In this document: positions 12,022-22,849 of the stretch, one piece after another
How positions within the stretch are numbered: the stretch's first letter is position 1
How the letters are laid out: the number at the start of each line of letters is the position of its first letter
Assembly: GCF_001194135.2 (NCBI RefSeq)
Contig: NC_068996.1
Span: forward strand, 29,700,198 to 29,757,038
Length of the DNA: 56,841 nt
Origin: Octopus bimaculoides
Lineage: Eukaryota
Direction: 5' to 3'
Position numbers and translations under genes: made by a program
The notes under the pieces: generated by a model
The model's input: only the letters and a program-made list of their open reading frames with translations
Database searches by the model: none
What the model was told of the DNA's origin: nothing

Positions 12022-12620
12022 GTCGTGTGGTAAGAATGGCCGGAATTAATGAGACTGATAGTTTTCGCAGAACAACTGTTGTCATCGATGGGAAAGTACA
12101 GCTATCAGCTGAATCTATCATTGAGATTGTGCCGCCTCCTTCCCTCAACAGGGAGAGGAAGGCTTACTTTTCCTGTGTAGTAGCCATTCTGAAAGAAACA
12201 GTATGGAAGACGCGTGTAAGAGGCATAGTGACAGATACCTTTGTATCTGGCCAGGGGTTAGTTAACTTTTTTGTTACCACATCAGTAGTAAGATCAGGCT
12301 GGAGAAGAGGTATCTGTCACGAGACAGATTCATGAGAAGATGGAAGCCTGTGGCAAGGAAGCTGGGAGTTTTTGGCACCAGGTAAGTGGGAGCCAAAAAC
12401 AAGGGAAAGAAAAAGCAAGGGGTCTACCCTGGTGGTCGAATGCCTATCCTTAGGGAAAGCAATTACAAATTGCATCTGTAATGAGCAAGACTTCAATCGA
12501 ACATTGTAAATAATTTTTATTATGTATTTAAATTTGTAAATATTTAATCGATACAGCTACTTCACCCCTTTTATGTTTGTCTGTCCTTGTTCATCCCCTC
12601 TTTGTAATGCCTTTATGGCA
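12022..12620 (+). mobile_element. Tx1/L1-like LINE 3' end
   Basis: YFSCVVAILKETVWKTRVRG...SGQGLVNFF resembles the C-terminal part of the 46925-48440 element. Followed by an AT-rich tail. Confidence 0.6.
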
Positions 12621-12624
12621 AATA

Positions 12625-13705
12625 TTTATGAAATAAAGAAGCTTGCTTCCCTACCACATGGTTCCAGGTTCAGTCCCACAGTGTGGCACCTTGGGCAAGT
12701 GTCTTCTACTGTAGCCTTGGGTTGACCAATGCCTTGTGAGTAGATTTGGTAAATGGAAACCAAAAGAAGCCTGTCATATATATATATATGTAGTAATCCC
12801 TCGCCATATCATGGGTCAGCTATCACGGCATATTATTTAAGCATACATAGATTCCTCTATGGTGTTGTTTTGCATTTATAATAAAATAAATATATGCAAA
12901 TTATAAAAATAATTTTAAAAATATACAGTACAGTACTGTTTCTACTTCACGGATTTTCACCTATTGCAGGGGGTTCTGGAATGTAATACCTGCAATAGTC
13001 AAGGGATTACTGTATACGACCTTCAGAGGTGATGATAAGCAACCATGACCTTTGGAGATATGCTGTGCTAGAGAAGACTCAGCAAACCAAGTGAGACCGT
13101 AACCGTGGCCTATGCCAGTGCAGCATAACCAGCCCATTTAAGAGTACCCTTCAATCATTAGGCATTGAACTGTGTTTGTGAAGACTTGTTGAGTCAAGTC
13201 AAGTGAAGGCATTGTCATGGCCGATGCCAGTACCGCCCTACTGGCACCCATGCTGCTGGCATGTGAAAAGCACCATTCAAGTATGGTCATTGCCAGTGCT
13301 GCCTGACTGGCTCCTGTGCCAGTGGCACATAAAAAACCCCATTCAAGCACGGCCGTTACCATTGCTACCTGATTGGCTCCTGTGTCAGTGGCATGTAAAA
13401 AGCAGCATTTGAGTGTGGTCATTACCAGTGCCACCTAACTGGCTCCCATGCTGGCAGCATGTAAAATACACCATTCGAGCGTGGTCATTGCCAGTGCTAC
13501 TTGACAGGCTCCCATGCCAGTGGCATGTAAAACGCACCCACTACACTCTTGGAGTGGTTGGTGTTAGGAAGGGCATCCAGCTGTAGAAAACTTGCCAAAT
13601 CAGATTGGAGCCTGGTACAGCCTTCTGGTTTGCCAGTCCTCAGTCAAATCGTCCAACCCATGCCAGCATGGAAAGCAGACATTAAACAACAATGATGATG
13701 ATGTG
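12625..13705 (+). mobile_element. tRNA-headed SINE(s) with internal 66-bp tandem array and (GAT)n tail, interrupted by a MITE
   Basis: Head contains GGTTCAGTCCC (box B-like) and CCTTGGGCAAG. Five 66-bp units start at 13226, 13292, 13358, 13424 and 13490. The tail CAGTCAAATCGTCCAACCCATG...GATGATGAT is shared with many copies in the window. Confidence 0.75.
12791..13012. mobile_element. Tigger/pogo-like MITE
   Basis: TIRs are (T)AGTAATCCCT and AGGGATTACTG, followed by TA. Confidence 0.6.
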
Positions 13706-13801
13706 TCTTTGTATCTGTGTTTGATCAGTGAATTTTCGACACTGGAAAAAGGATATATGTATTTGCATTGGGAGCCCTTCGCATCGAAGAGCGGTGATTG
13801 T

Positions 13802-13846
13802 CGTACGCTGACGAAGGGTAAATACCCAGAAACCCGGGTCCGTGCG
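13802..13846 (+). ncRNA. Type I hammerhead ribozyme motif
   Basis: Reads CGTACG-CTGACGA-A-GGGT-AAAT-ACCC-A-GAAAC-CCGG-GTC-CGTGCG. Stem I is 6 bp and is extended by GTGAT/ATCAC. Stem III is the palindrome ACCCGGGT; the cleavage triplet is GUC. Confidence 0.75.
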
Positions 13847-14489
13847 TATCACATTAGATTGACGATGGGAAGGATGACTTCCCTTTGCAAATACCGACAG
13901 GGCACAGAAAGTGTGTCAACAGCCAGCTGGAGGAGATGTTCTCCTGGGGCTAAAAGCTACAGTAACATTCACCCTTAGGGTTTAGCCGCATTTAAGTGGC
14001 AAATATACTTCACGTATATATATATAATTCTACAGGTTTTCTATAGATGTCAGAGCCAGCACTGACAGTTATGATGTTTTGTATACAAATACATTTATGT
14101 AAGGAATGCTCTCAGTTATATTTTGGTTGTATATTATGGTTGCAGAATGAAATACTGCATCCTTGCTAGCAATTAATATATATATATATATATATCTTTA
14201 AGTTTATCTCTATAAATTTCCTATAGAATTCAGAACCAGCATAGCAAGTTACAATGTTAAGCTTTATGGCAGGAGATCCGTAGAGGATAGAGGCATATCG
14301 AAGTGATGTATACCACAAACTGACTACATAGAATAAAGCAAAACAGATAGTTAAATAATACATTATCATAGCCAGGGTAAAAAGGAGGCAGATGTACTGC
14401 ATGATGGGAGGAAATTTGGTTCAGTGTGTTGGGTAATGAATCACTGTAATGTGTATGGAGAGCACAATATTCACAGTGCTTCCACAACT

Positions 14490-14720
14490 CAGTTTCACTG
14501 AGGGGTTAAGGTCTTCTTGAGAACCTCATATTGCCAAACATCTCAGTCCTTTGTCATTTCTTTCATGAGGCTCAGGGTTCTGAGGTCAACCTTGATCATT
14601 TCATCCCGTGTCTTCCTGGGTCACCCCCATCTAGAAACAGCATTTCTTTATGTAGCTTCCTTCATCCATACACATCACGTGTGCATACCAGCTGAGTCTT
14701 CTTTCTTGCAGAATATTGCA
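14490..14720 (-). mobile_element. RTE LINE 3' fragment
   Basis: Minus strand reads PRKTRDEMIKVDLRTL; same family as about 52220-52345. Confidence 0.6.
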
Positions 14721-14837
14721 AATAAGCAAAATTGCCTGTATGACTGCAACACTCATTTGCAACTGTCACACAATGTCAAGACAAAGAGATATAAACATAT
14801 ATACATGTTCACACACATGCACACATATATATATATG

Positions 14838-15450
14838 AGAGATTCTGTCCATTTGTTCACTTGTTTATCTCCAAAATGAAAGTAAGTGGTTCAAGGGAAA
14901 CTGTTATGCATTTTCTTTTCATCTTATCATATCTTATATCTTATCTATATATGTAAAAGAGAGATTCTGTCTTTTTGTTCGTTTGTTTGTCCTCTAAAAT
15001 GAAAGTAAATGGTTCAAGGAAACTATTGTGCTTTTCTTCTTATCTTAGATCTTGTCTATATATATATAAAAGAGAAATTCTATCCATTCGAGTGTATGAT
15101 TGTTTGTCTGTCCATCAAAATGAAAGTAAATGGTTCAATGGAAGCTATTGTGTTTTTTCTATATCTCCTATCATGCTATTGCCTAATTTGTCTCAACAAA
15201 AATTATGCAATGGTACAACACTATTTGTCATAAACCTATAAGGAACTGCATTGAGGCAAATATTCTCAGTGGTTGTGGTAAAGGCAACATCGTCTTCATT
15301 CTTCGCATACCAGTTATGCTATCTAATGTTGCATTCCAATTTAAGCCATTACAGTTTTCTATCTCACTTTCTTTTGCCATGAGCATTAATAAAACTCAAA
15401 GCCAAGCACTAAAAGTTGCTGGATTGCAACTTGAAGAACAATCTTTTTTC
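14838..15450 (+). mobile_element. Helitron derivative: triplicated module plus PIF1-like helicase C-terminal fragment
   Basis: SPIMLLPNL...KLCNGT, CIEANILSG, ILRIP and SFAMSINKTQSQ are Helitron helicase motifs. Three roughly 115-bp repeats start near 14838, 14960 and 15072. Confidence 0.8.
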
Positions 15451-15765
15451 TACTTCAATTATTACATCTTTTTCTCTTATATAATACACACATACAGGAC
15501 GAGTAAACAAATCTGTAGTCATAGTCTCACCCTGGTTCAGATTTGAAACTGAATCTTTCAGTTCTCCTTTAGCATACCACCTATTCAAACATCAAAAGGA
15601 ACAGAGACATATGGATGTTCCACTTGACCTACAGCCTTTTCAGTGCCATCACAGTCACCTGGATTCCGTAAAGCTATTCTTCTAAATGATATACTCATTT
15701 TTCTAGCTTCTTGGCTTGAGAAACAGTAAAAGTAATTACCTATCAACGACGAGTATTACTGCTAG

Positions 15766-15824
<59 letters not shown>

Positions 15825-15879
15825 TATACACACACACACATATATACCAGAGTAAGCACATAAATGTGAAACAAGGTGG

Positions 15880-18400
15880 TAAAAAAATAGTATCCGAATA
15901 CTGGAGGTAGAGTAATATGCTTTATTATTAAAGCTGCAAAAATATCACAAAAAATTGTTACTCAGAGTTTCATGTTCCTGTTCATCAGAAAGTTTTGGTT
16001 GAGAATAGAATAAAAAATTAAGGTTGTTAGTATAAATATACAATTTACATTGACAAATACATATCTGAAATTGGTTTCGTTTCATTGGTCCCTTCAACTA
16101 ACAGTATCTTTAAGAACCAGTAATATACATAAAATTAAAATTATGATTTAAAAATCAAATGTAAAATCGAAGGAAACCATGAATCAAAAATTAACTTTGG
16201 TTAGAGGGAAAAAACATGTATACCCAGAGTAAATTAATGGTAAAATAAATTTAATTAAATAGACATAAGTCTGTTTATAATAAAATATTCACTTACAGAG
16301 ATCTAACAGCATAAAAATAAACACACGTACAAACATTTACTTATACACACACACACACACAAAACATATACATACATATGTATACACTAAACATACAAAC
16401 ATTGATACATGCATACATACATATATATATACAAATATATACAGGCAAAATATAAATGTGAATATACATACTAATGTATATATAGGTATCTGCATACATA
16501 TATACATACATCATACATCTCTGTGCATATATTCTAAAAGCAAAACTTAGTTGTCATAAGTTAGAAACACAAAAAGATCAGAAATAAGAAGTGGTGGGAG
16601 AAAGAAAAAATAAAGAGAAAGAGAAAAATAGAAAGAGAGGGAGAAAATGATTTGAAAAATAATGTTCCCCAAAGTATCTAACTATTGTTAGATACATTAA
16701 AATACTTCTGTAAGCTTGTAAATGCACACATAAAACAGACATGCATATTCACATAAATGCATGCATACATACATACATACATACATACATACAATAGTAA
16801 CATACGTGTATACACACATACAAATATACAAATAAACATATACGAATATATGTATATCTACATACATATATACACATCAAGATACATATATGCACCATAA
16901 CGTATATACGCATATGAATATATTAAAAACTGTCTGGTGTATTGAATATTAAAATAAGAAAATCATGCAATAAATTAATGTAATATAATTAAATGTAATA
17001 TAAATTTGAAAAAATATAAATTTAAAATTTAGATTTTAAAATGAGTAAAAATTTGATTTCAATGAAATTTAAATTTAGATTTGTAAACAATTGAAGGTCT
17101 TCTTGAAAGTTGAAAAATGTAAAATGTAAAGGCAAAAAATGTACAAAAATTGTAATACTAAATGATGCCTGTGTTTAAGTGTAAAAGCCAAATTCAAATG
17201 CGAAAGTCAAAAATTATCCGTATAATATTTCTTCCCTCAATGTTCTATAACTCATAGCATGTCTACAGGAATTTAAAAGCTCCCGTCGTTGGTTCAGTGC
17301 ATATTTATCCTGGAGCAGGATGAAGAGTTTTCCAGTCAAGCACAAATTACACCTCATTGGGCATCTTTATGCTCCTGCTTATGTGGTGCTGCTTTCTGCA
17401 AGATTGTCCAGCTGATTTTGAAAGGACAGGCATCATTTTCTTTCAATTGCCAGACATGTTTAGCAAGACTTGTTGCTGTCCTATTTTCAGGGTATCGAAA
17501 TGAATTTCAGTAGGAATATAATCTAGTCTTGGAGGAATTTTCTGAAGCTCCTGTATATGTTTTGTATTCTTGTGAGCCATCTATTTGTACCTTACCTTTA
17601 TAGACTATTCCTTTCTCTAGACAATTTCCTCCCAATGGACAACAAATTTGATCTTTACAATTGCAATTTTTCTGGCTAATTTCAGCACTGTGGTTACTTC
17701 TAATGGTTTTTATGTTATGCTGGTTAATTAAAGAGGTGAAGTTCATGCAACAAGAATAGCTAACCCTCAGTGTTTTATTAAAAACTCTATAGAACTTATG
17801 GCTAGCCTAAAAGTGCTTAGAAACTAGTTTTAAGAATTCTCTACCTATATTTGTTTTTTACAGCAATGTTAAATGCCGGATTAAATCACAAAACTTGCCT
17901 AGTTCTAGTTCTACGTGTTCTATTATTGTTAGTAGTGGTTTGACTATACTGGATTTTCTCCATGAATCCACTGTTCCTTAATGCATTATTATAATATGGT
18001 GCAGCATTTTGAAACGTTATCTTGTCTGAAGACATGGATGATATGTACCTAAGTGTATTACTAACTGGATTCTTAACAATTATGGGTGGATGATTTTACT
18101 CTTTGTTACTATAAAATAGCTTTTCATTATGCTTATGGTAGGGTCTAAATCTTTCTAATTGCAAATCTAAGTTAATATCTAAAAAATCTACATTATTTAG
18201 GTTAGTTTCTATTGTTATCCTTAAGTCCATTCTTTGGAAGAAAGTAATAAGATTCTTCCTAAGTTTATGTAGTTCATGGCCGTTGAAATCATGAGTGACT
18301 ATAAGTCCGTCATCCCTGTATAATCCTGCGTCTATAAAAGGGAATTCCAGAAGCAGGTTGCACAAAATATAAGCTCCTATATGCATACATAACTCCACTC
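15880..18400 (-). mobile_element. Degenerate Penelope-like element (RT, GIY-YIG, long 3' region)
   Basis: ELCMHIGAYIL and AGLYRDDGL (RT); CNC...CPLGGNCL..GIVYKG.V...YTG.SE (endonuclease). HHR-like motif at 15951-15996. Confidence 0.85.
15951..15996 (-). ncRNA. Degenerate hammerhead motif
   Basis: Reads CTGATGA-A-CAGGAACA-T-GAAAC-TCTGA-GTA. The core is intact, but stems I and II are mismatched in a pattern consistent with CpG decay. Confidence 0.55.
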
Positions 18401-18988
18401 CATCATATGACCAACCATCTGCTCTACTGTACCATCCTCAATCCTTGTGAGTATACCCTGGCACTTCATCACCATCTCTCTCCTGTTCTCTCTTGCTGTC
18501 TTCCATTTTCTCTCTCTTTTCTTGCTCTTTCCTCTGGTTGGGTAACTATGCATCTCCTCTACAGCAACACACCTTTGTTTTCACAACAAGTATTACATCA
18601 ATGTATGACCAATGGTTGTATGCTGGTGTAAATGGCATGGCACACTTGTCGTGAAAAGAAAGAGGTGTGAGTTCAAGTCCCATGTGTACAGAAAAACCTA
18701 CGTTTTTCCCATCAAGGGCTTATATGCCCCATTATTTAGACTATTTTCTTTAGTCATTGCGTGGTGATCACTTATAAGCTTTTAGCTTATAAAATACTAT
18801 TCTTATTATTTCCAGAATTGTAAAAATCGATGCTGCTTAATAAAAACCATCCCATATATATNNNNNNNNNNNNNNNNNNNNNNNNNNNNNNNNNNNNNNN
18901 NNNNNNNNNNNNNNNNNNNNNNNNNNNNNNNNNNNNNNNNNNNNNNNNNNNNNNNNNNNNNNNNNNNNNNNNNNNNNNNNNNNNNNNN

Positions 18989-19046
<58 letters not shown>

Positions 19047-19599
19047 GCATGTGTATGTCTCTTTACATGTGCAGGCATGTGTGTGTTAATGCCACCTTAT
19101 TTTGACATCACATGATAGTTGTAAATGAGTGTCACTGTCATACGAGCAGTGTTGTTCATTTTCATAAAAAACATATCTGACCATAGAGAATATTACTTGG
19201 AAACAGGTGAAGGTTAGCAAAAGGAAAACCATCTGGTCATAGAAAAAAATCTATCACAAAGAATTCTGTCTAACCCACACAGACAAAGAAAAGTGGATGT
19301 TAAAATAATGATGATGAAAGAAAAAAAATGATGACAGACAGAAAGTGTATTATATTGCTTTGTTACTAATCTCAATCAGGGCTGCCACCTGAGTTTTAAC
19401 CCTAGATCTCTGTTTTCCAACATCTAAATGAATTTCTGGATTTATATTTTGAAAATAGTTTATAATCTGAGTATTTTCATTTCTGCTACTGCTGGGACAC
19501 ATTTTTGTCTGCCTCTGATATTTTTTGTTTTTAACACAGCCCATCCAAGAGATGTTATCTCAAGAGAAATGCCATAGTAACTGGTCTATCATCAGTGTA

Positions 19600-19673
<74 letters not shown>

Positions 19674-20279
19674 TGTAGTGAGTCTTCTAAGAGACCGTAA
19701 GTCAGGGAGAAGATGCACTCATATATCTGTCAGTAGAGTGCATATATTATCCGAATTTTATAGTATTTAGTATCCATCATGGCTGATCTTACCAACTGGT
19801 TTTGCGCAAAGAAAACAATGGAGTGTTATGTAACAATCCGATTATACAACTTTACACTCATCACATACAGCCGATATGGAAGGCAATATGGCGACTGCTC
19901 TCTATTGTCAGAGGTGGATTAGCACAATCAGTCAGCGGCTGCTGTGAAAAAAGTGGTGAAACGAAAAGGGTCCAGGGGATTGGGTTAGCAGCTATGTCAC
20001 TTGATTGGGTATGCTCTGAAGCTAGCAAGAGTTATCTTGAAGTGGGGAAAGTGTGCATTATTATTATGGTGTCCTTGTAGGGATGGGGTGTGTGATATGG
20101 GTAATATGTGGCATGTCTAGCAGTGTCATATGTATAATTTTTTCCTGGGGTATAGTTATATATAGCTGTGTTCGTTGGTCTAATATAAAAAAACACCTCC
20201 CATGATCTTTAGAAATACAAATAAATCCATGTTAATGAAATAAAATTTTTGTCAAGCATAAAAGATGCTATAATGTGGT

Positions 20280-22250
20280 TGAATCTAATTTTGACATTTC
20301 TCAATTACTACCAGAAAAGAAGTCAATGGAGGCTGAACAAACAGCCAGAAGCGAACTGCTTATTTCTGACTATTTTGTGGAATGTACCATCCCTTTGAAA
20401 ATTTTGGTTATCATCTCATGATATACAAGAAAACATTTCAAAAAATAATTGTCAATGTAAAGAACAAAACTTTTGTATGCTATTCAGAAGAGAATAATCT
20501 TTCATGAAAAATCACAATTGATGAATGTTCAGACATTTCAGTCACCTAAATTTTGATTATTATAAGATTTTTTATCTGAATAAGCATGATGTCATAGACA
20601 TTTCGTTCGATAATGTAAATGTCAAAAATGAAATGACTTTTGGTTTATACAATGCTGTCGAATTTACTTTGTATGAAATAAATATTCCTCTGGGTTTGCA
20701 AATAATGATTGTTCTATGAAGGACACTAAAAGTGGGTTCCTGAAATTACAAAAATATGTTCTGCCTTCTGTTTTCATCATCAGACATATCTGCATCCTTG
20801 TGATAGCCAACCATGCTGTTAACATATTCCACTCATATTTAAAGGCTTCCATAAAAGATTTAACATTTTACTTTTCTTGCAGCAGCAGCAGGGAATTCAA
20901 ACTAATTTAAGAAGTTCTAACTACAATATTCCACAAAAATACTTAAACAAAATGGCTTTTTCAAGAAACAGCAATTACAGTAATATTAAAACAATTTGAT
21001 GGTGCCAGGAGAATTCATAAGCTATTAAGGAATCCTAGAATTAAATATATACTACTTTTCATTCAGTATGTACTACAGAAGATGAATTTTCTGAATGTTG
21101 AATTTATTTGACACATTTCAGGTTATATTATTTGTATTAGTGATATAATTAGAGGAAGAATTTTGAGTTTCCTTGTTAACAGAAATTGGTCACAGCAATG
21201 AGAGTAATTTCAAAATAATTGCTAATCTTAGAGGATAGGCAACAGCACATGTAATTAGTGAACCTTTTCATGATGATATCAATGTCAGAAGATTTAAAAC
21301 TGTTTGAAATTCCTACTAGAACTATTGTATTCAAATAAGAAAAAGGTTTCCTTTCAGTGAAGATGGAAGTATTGCTAAATTCAAGATATATCCAACAGTA
21401 ACTTGTGATCTCATTATATCTCCTATACCTATATTCCCCTCACTATCCATTTCCTGCCCATTGTGCCAGAAAGCAGATCTGGATGATTAATGGGAAAGTT
21501 AACATTAAAAAGCACACAGTTTACCAATCTCTACAGAAAATATTCCTGAATAGCTGTAGATGTTAAAAGATATAGAAGATGGATTTCAAAATTCAAATAT
21601 GATCTGTGATCCAATCTTATGACTAATTTAACTATCATATTATATTCACCATGTGTTGAAAGAATATTTTCTCTAATGGACAGTGTCATAACATGAAATT
21701 CTTTCAAAGCAGAGACAGTAAAAAACAGATTACTTTCAAAGCAATCTATTATTAGAAATACTTTATGTGGAAGCACAGAAAGAAATAACAGAATGCAGCA
21801 CGTGGAGCCTAAAAGAAAATTAACTCAAGGACTTGCTGTAAGCAAAAGATACTTGGAAAGAATAAAAAGAAAAACAAAGAGAAAATAAATTATTTTCTTT
21901 TTCAAAAGGAACTGATGAAAAGGAGAACTAGTTATTATTTTCTACATATAAGACTAAGTAAAATCCTGCTATAAACCTATTTAGGCATAATACTTTTATA
22001 ACCTGAATTTTCTATCATTTGAATCTGTTTTAGAGTTTTCCTGAATATTGCATTGGCAGCTCTGATTTCAACAATATTTGTATTAATATCTTCTACAACT
22101 TTCCATTAGTACTAGAGAATACCTATTTAGGCAGAGAGGAAGAGAGTTACAGAGGACCTTTGCATTGGATAAAAAGGTTGTTGATGATACAGATTACCTA
22201 TGTCCTACTTGGAGTAATTAGTGGTGTACATTCCATAAAGATTGTGTAGC
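20280..22250 (+). mobile_element. Highly decayed hAT transposase remnant
   Basis: IDECSDIS..ILIIIRFF at about 20516 (first catalytic Asp motif), a CxxH-like region at about 20780, QIRKRFPFS, and a dimerisation-like RVF near 22035. Confidence 0.6.
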
Positions 22251-22490
22251 AAAATGTAACCTAGTCAAGATTTGGCAAGATTGTTGAAACCAGCAAATTA
22301 ACTTGGTACAATTGTTACTTTTTAGTCAGTAAGAAATCATGTAGAGTTGTAGTGCTAACAGGATGTGAGAACATTGCTAAATATGTGTAGAGTATCTAGA
22401 GTATATATCATCGTGTACAACTAGAGTGAAAGATACTAAACACTTGATATCATAGAATTTTGACAAAATTACAATATTAGAAAAGCTTAC

Positions 22491-22565
22491 CTCTGATGTC
22501 TCTTTCATTAAAGCAGTATAGTTGTTAGCCCAGTCACGGGTTTTCTGGAAATATTCATCTACATC
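22491..22565 (-). CDS. SNX5/6-like exon, start of BAR (DVDEYFQKTRDWANNYTALMKETSE)
   Basis: Flanked by ttttaacacag| and GAG|GTAAGC; 75 nt, phase 0/0. K|DVDEYF matches the KDVDDFF motif of SNX5/6. Confidence 0.9.
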
Positions 22566-22849
22566 CTGTGTTAAAATTTAAAAGAAATGCAATATTTTAA
22601 AATAATTTCTAAACAATCATTAATTTATATATTATTTTATAGCTAAATATTTTCTTTGAACAAAAGTAATCAAAATACACATTACAAGCATAATGCTAGA
22701 TTTTATTAAATAATGCTTTTGATGATAATGTTATCACTTTAATACTGGTATTTCAATATAATAAATATTTTGAAACAGCATATTTCAAGTTGTCTCTCTT
22801 TCATATTGTCATTTATAGCAAAGACAACAACTTTCAGAGTTCTCCCTAA

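Noticed and set aside
13226-13540. Regularly spaced repeats superficially like a CRISPR array
   Set aside because: The whole 66-bp unit is repeated without unique spacers, it lies inside a SINE, and the context is eukaryotic with no cas genes.
13858-13895. TTGACGA followed by a GGGAAG/CTTCCC hairpin, resembling a second hammerhead
   Set aside because: There is no GAAA or NUH after the hairpin, so I treat it as a side hairpin.
15531-15580. 50-nt minus-strand segment with plausible AG and GTGAGA splice sites (xWYAKGELKDSVSNLNQ)
   Set aside because: It enters in the wrong phase for the sorting-nexin model (immediate TAA) and has no BAR similarity. Chance sites or a poison exon cannot be distinguished.
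19520-19600. Strong plus-strand acceptor (TTTTTTGTTTTTAACACAG) and, separately, a plus-strand donor at 40760 (ATAG|GTAAGC), suggesting an antisense gene
   Set aside because: These are isolated sites with no coherent reading frame or second exon.
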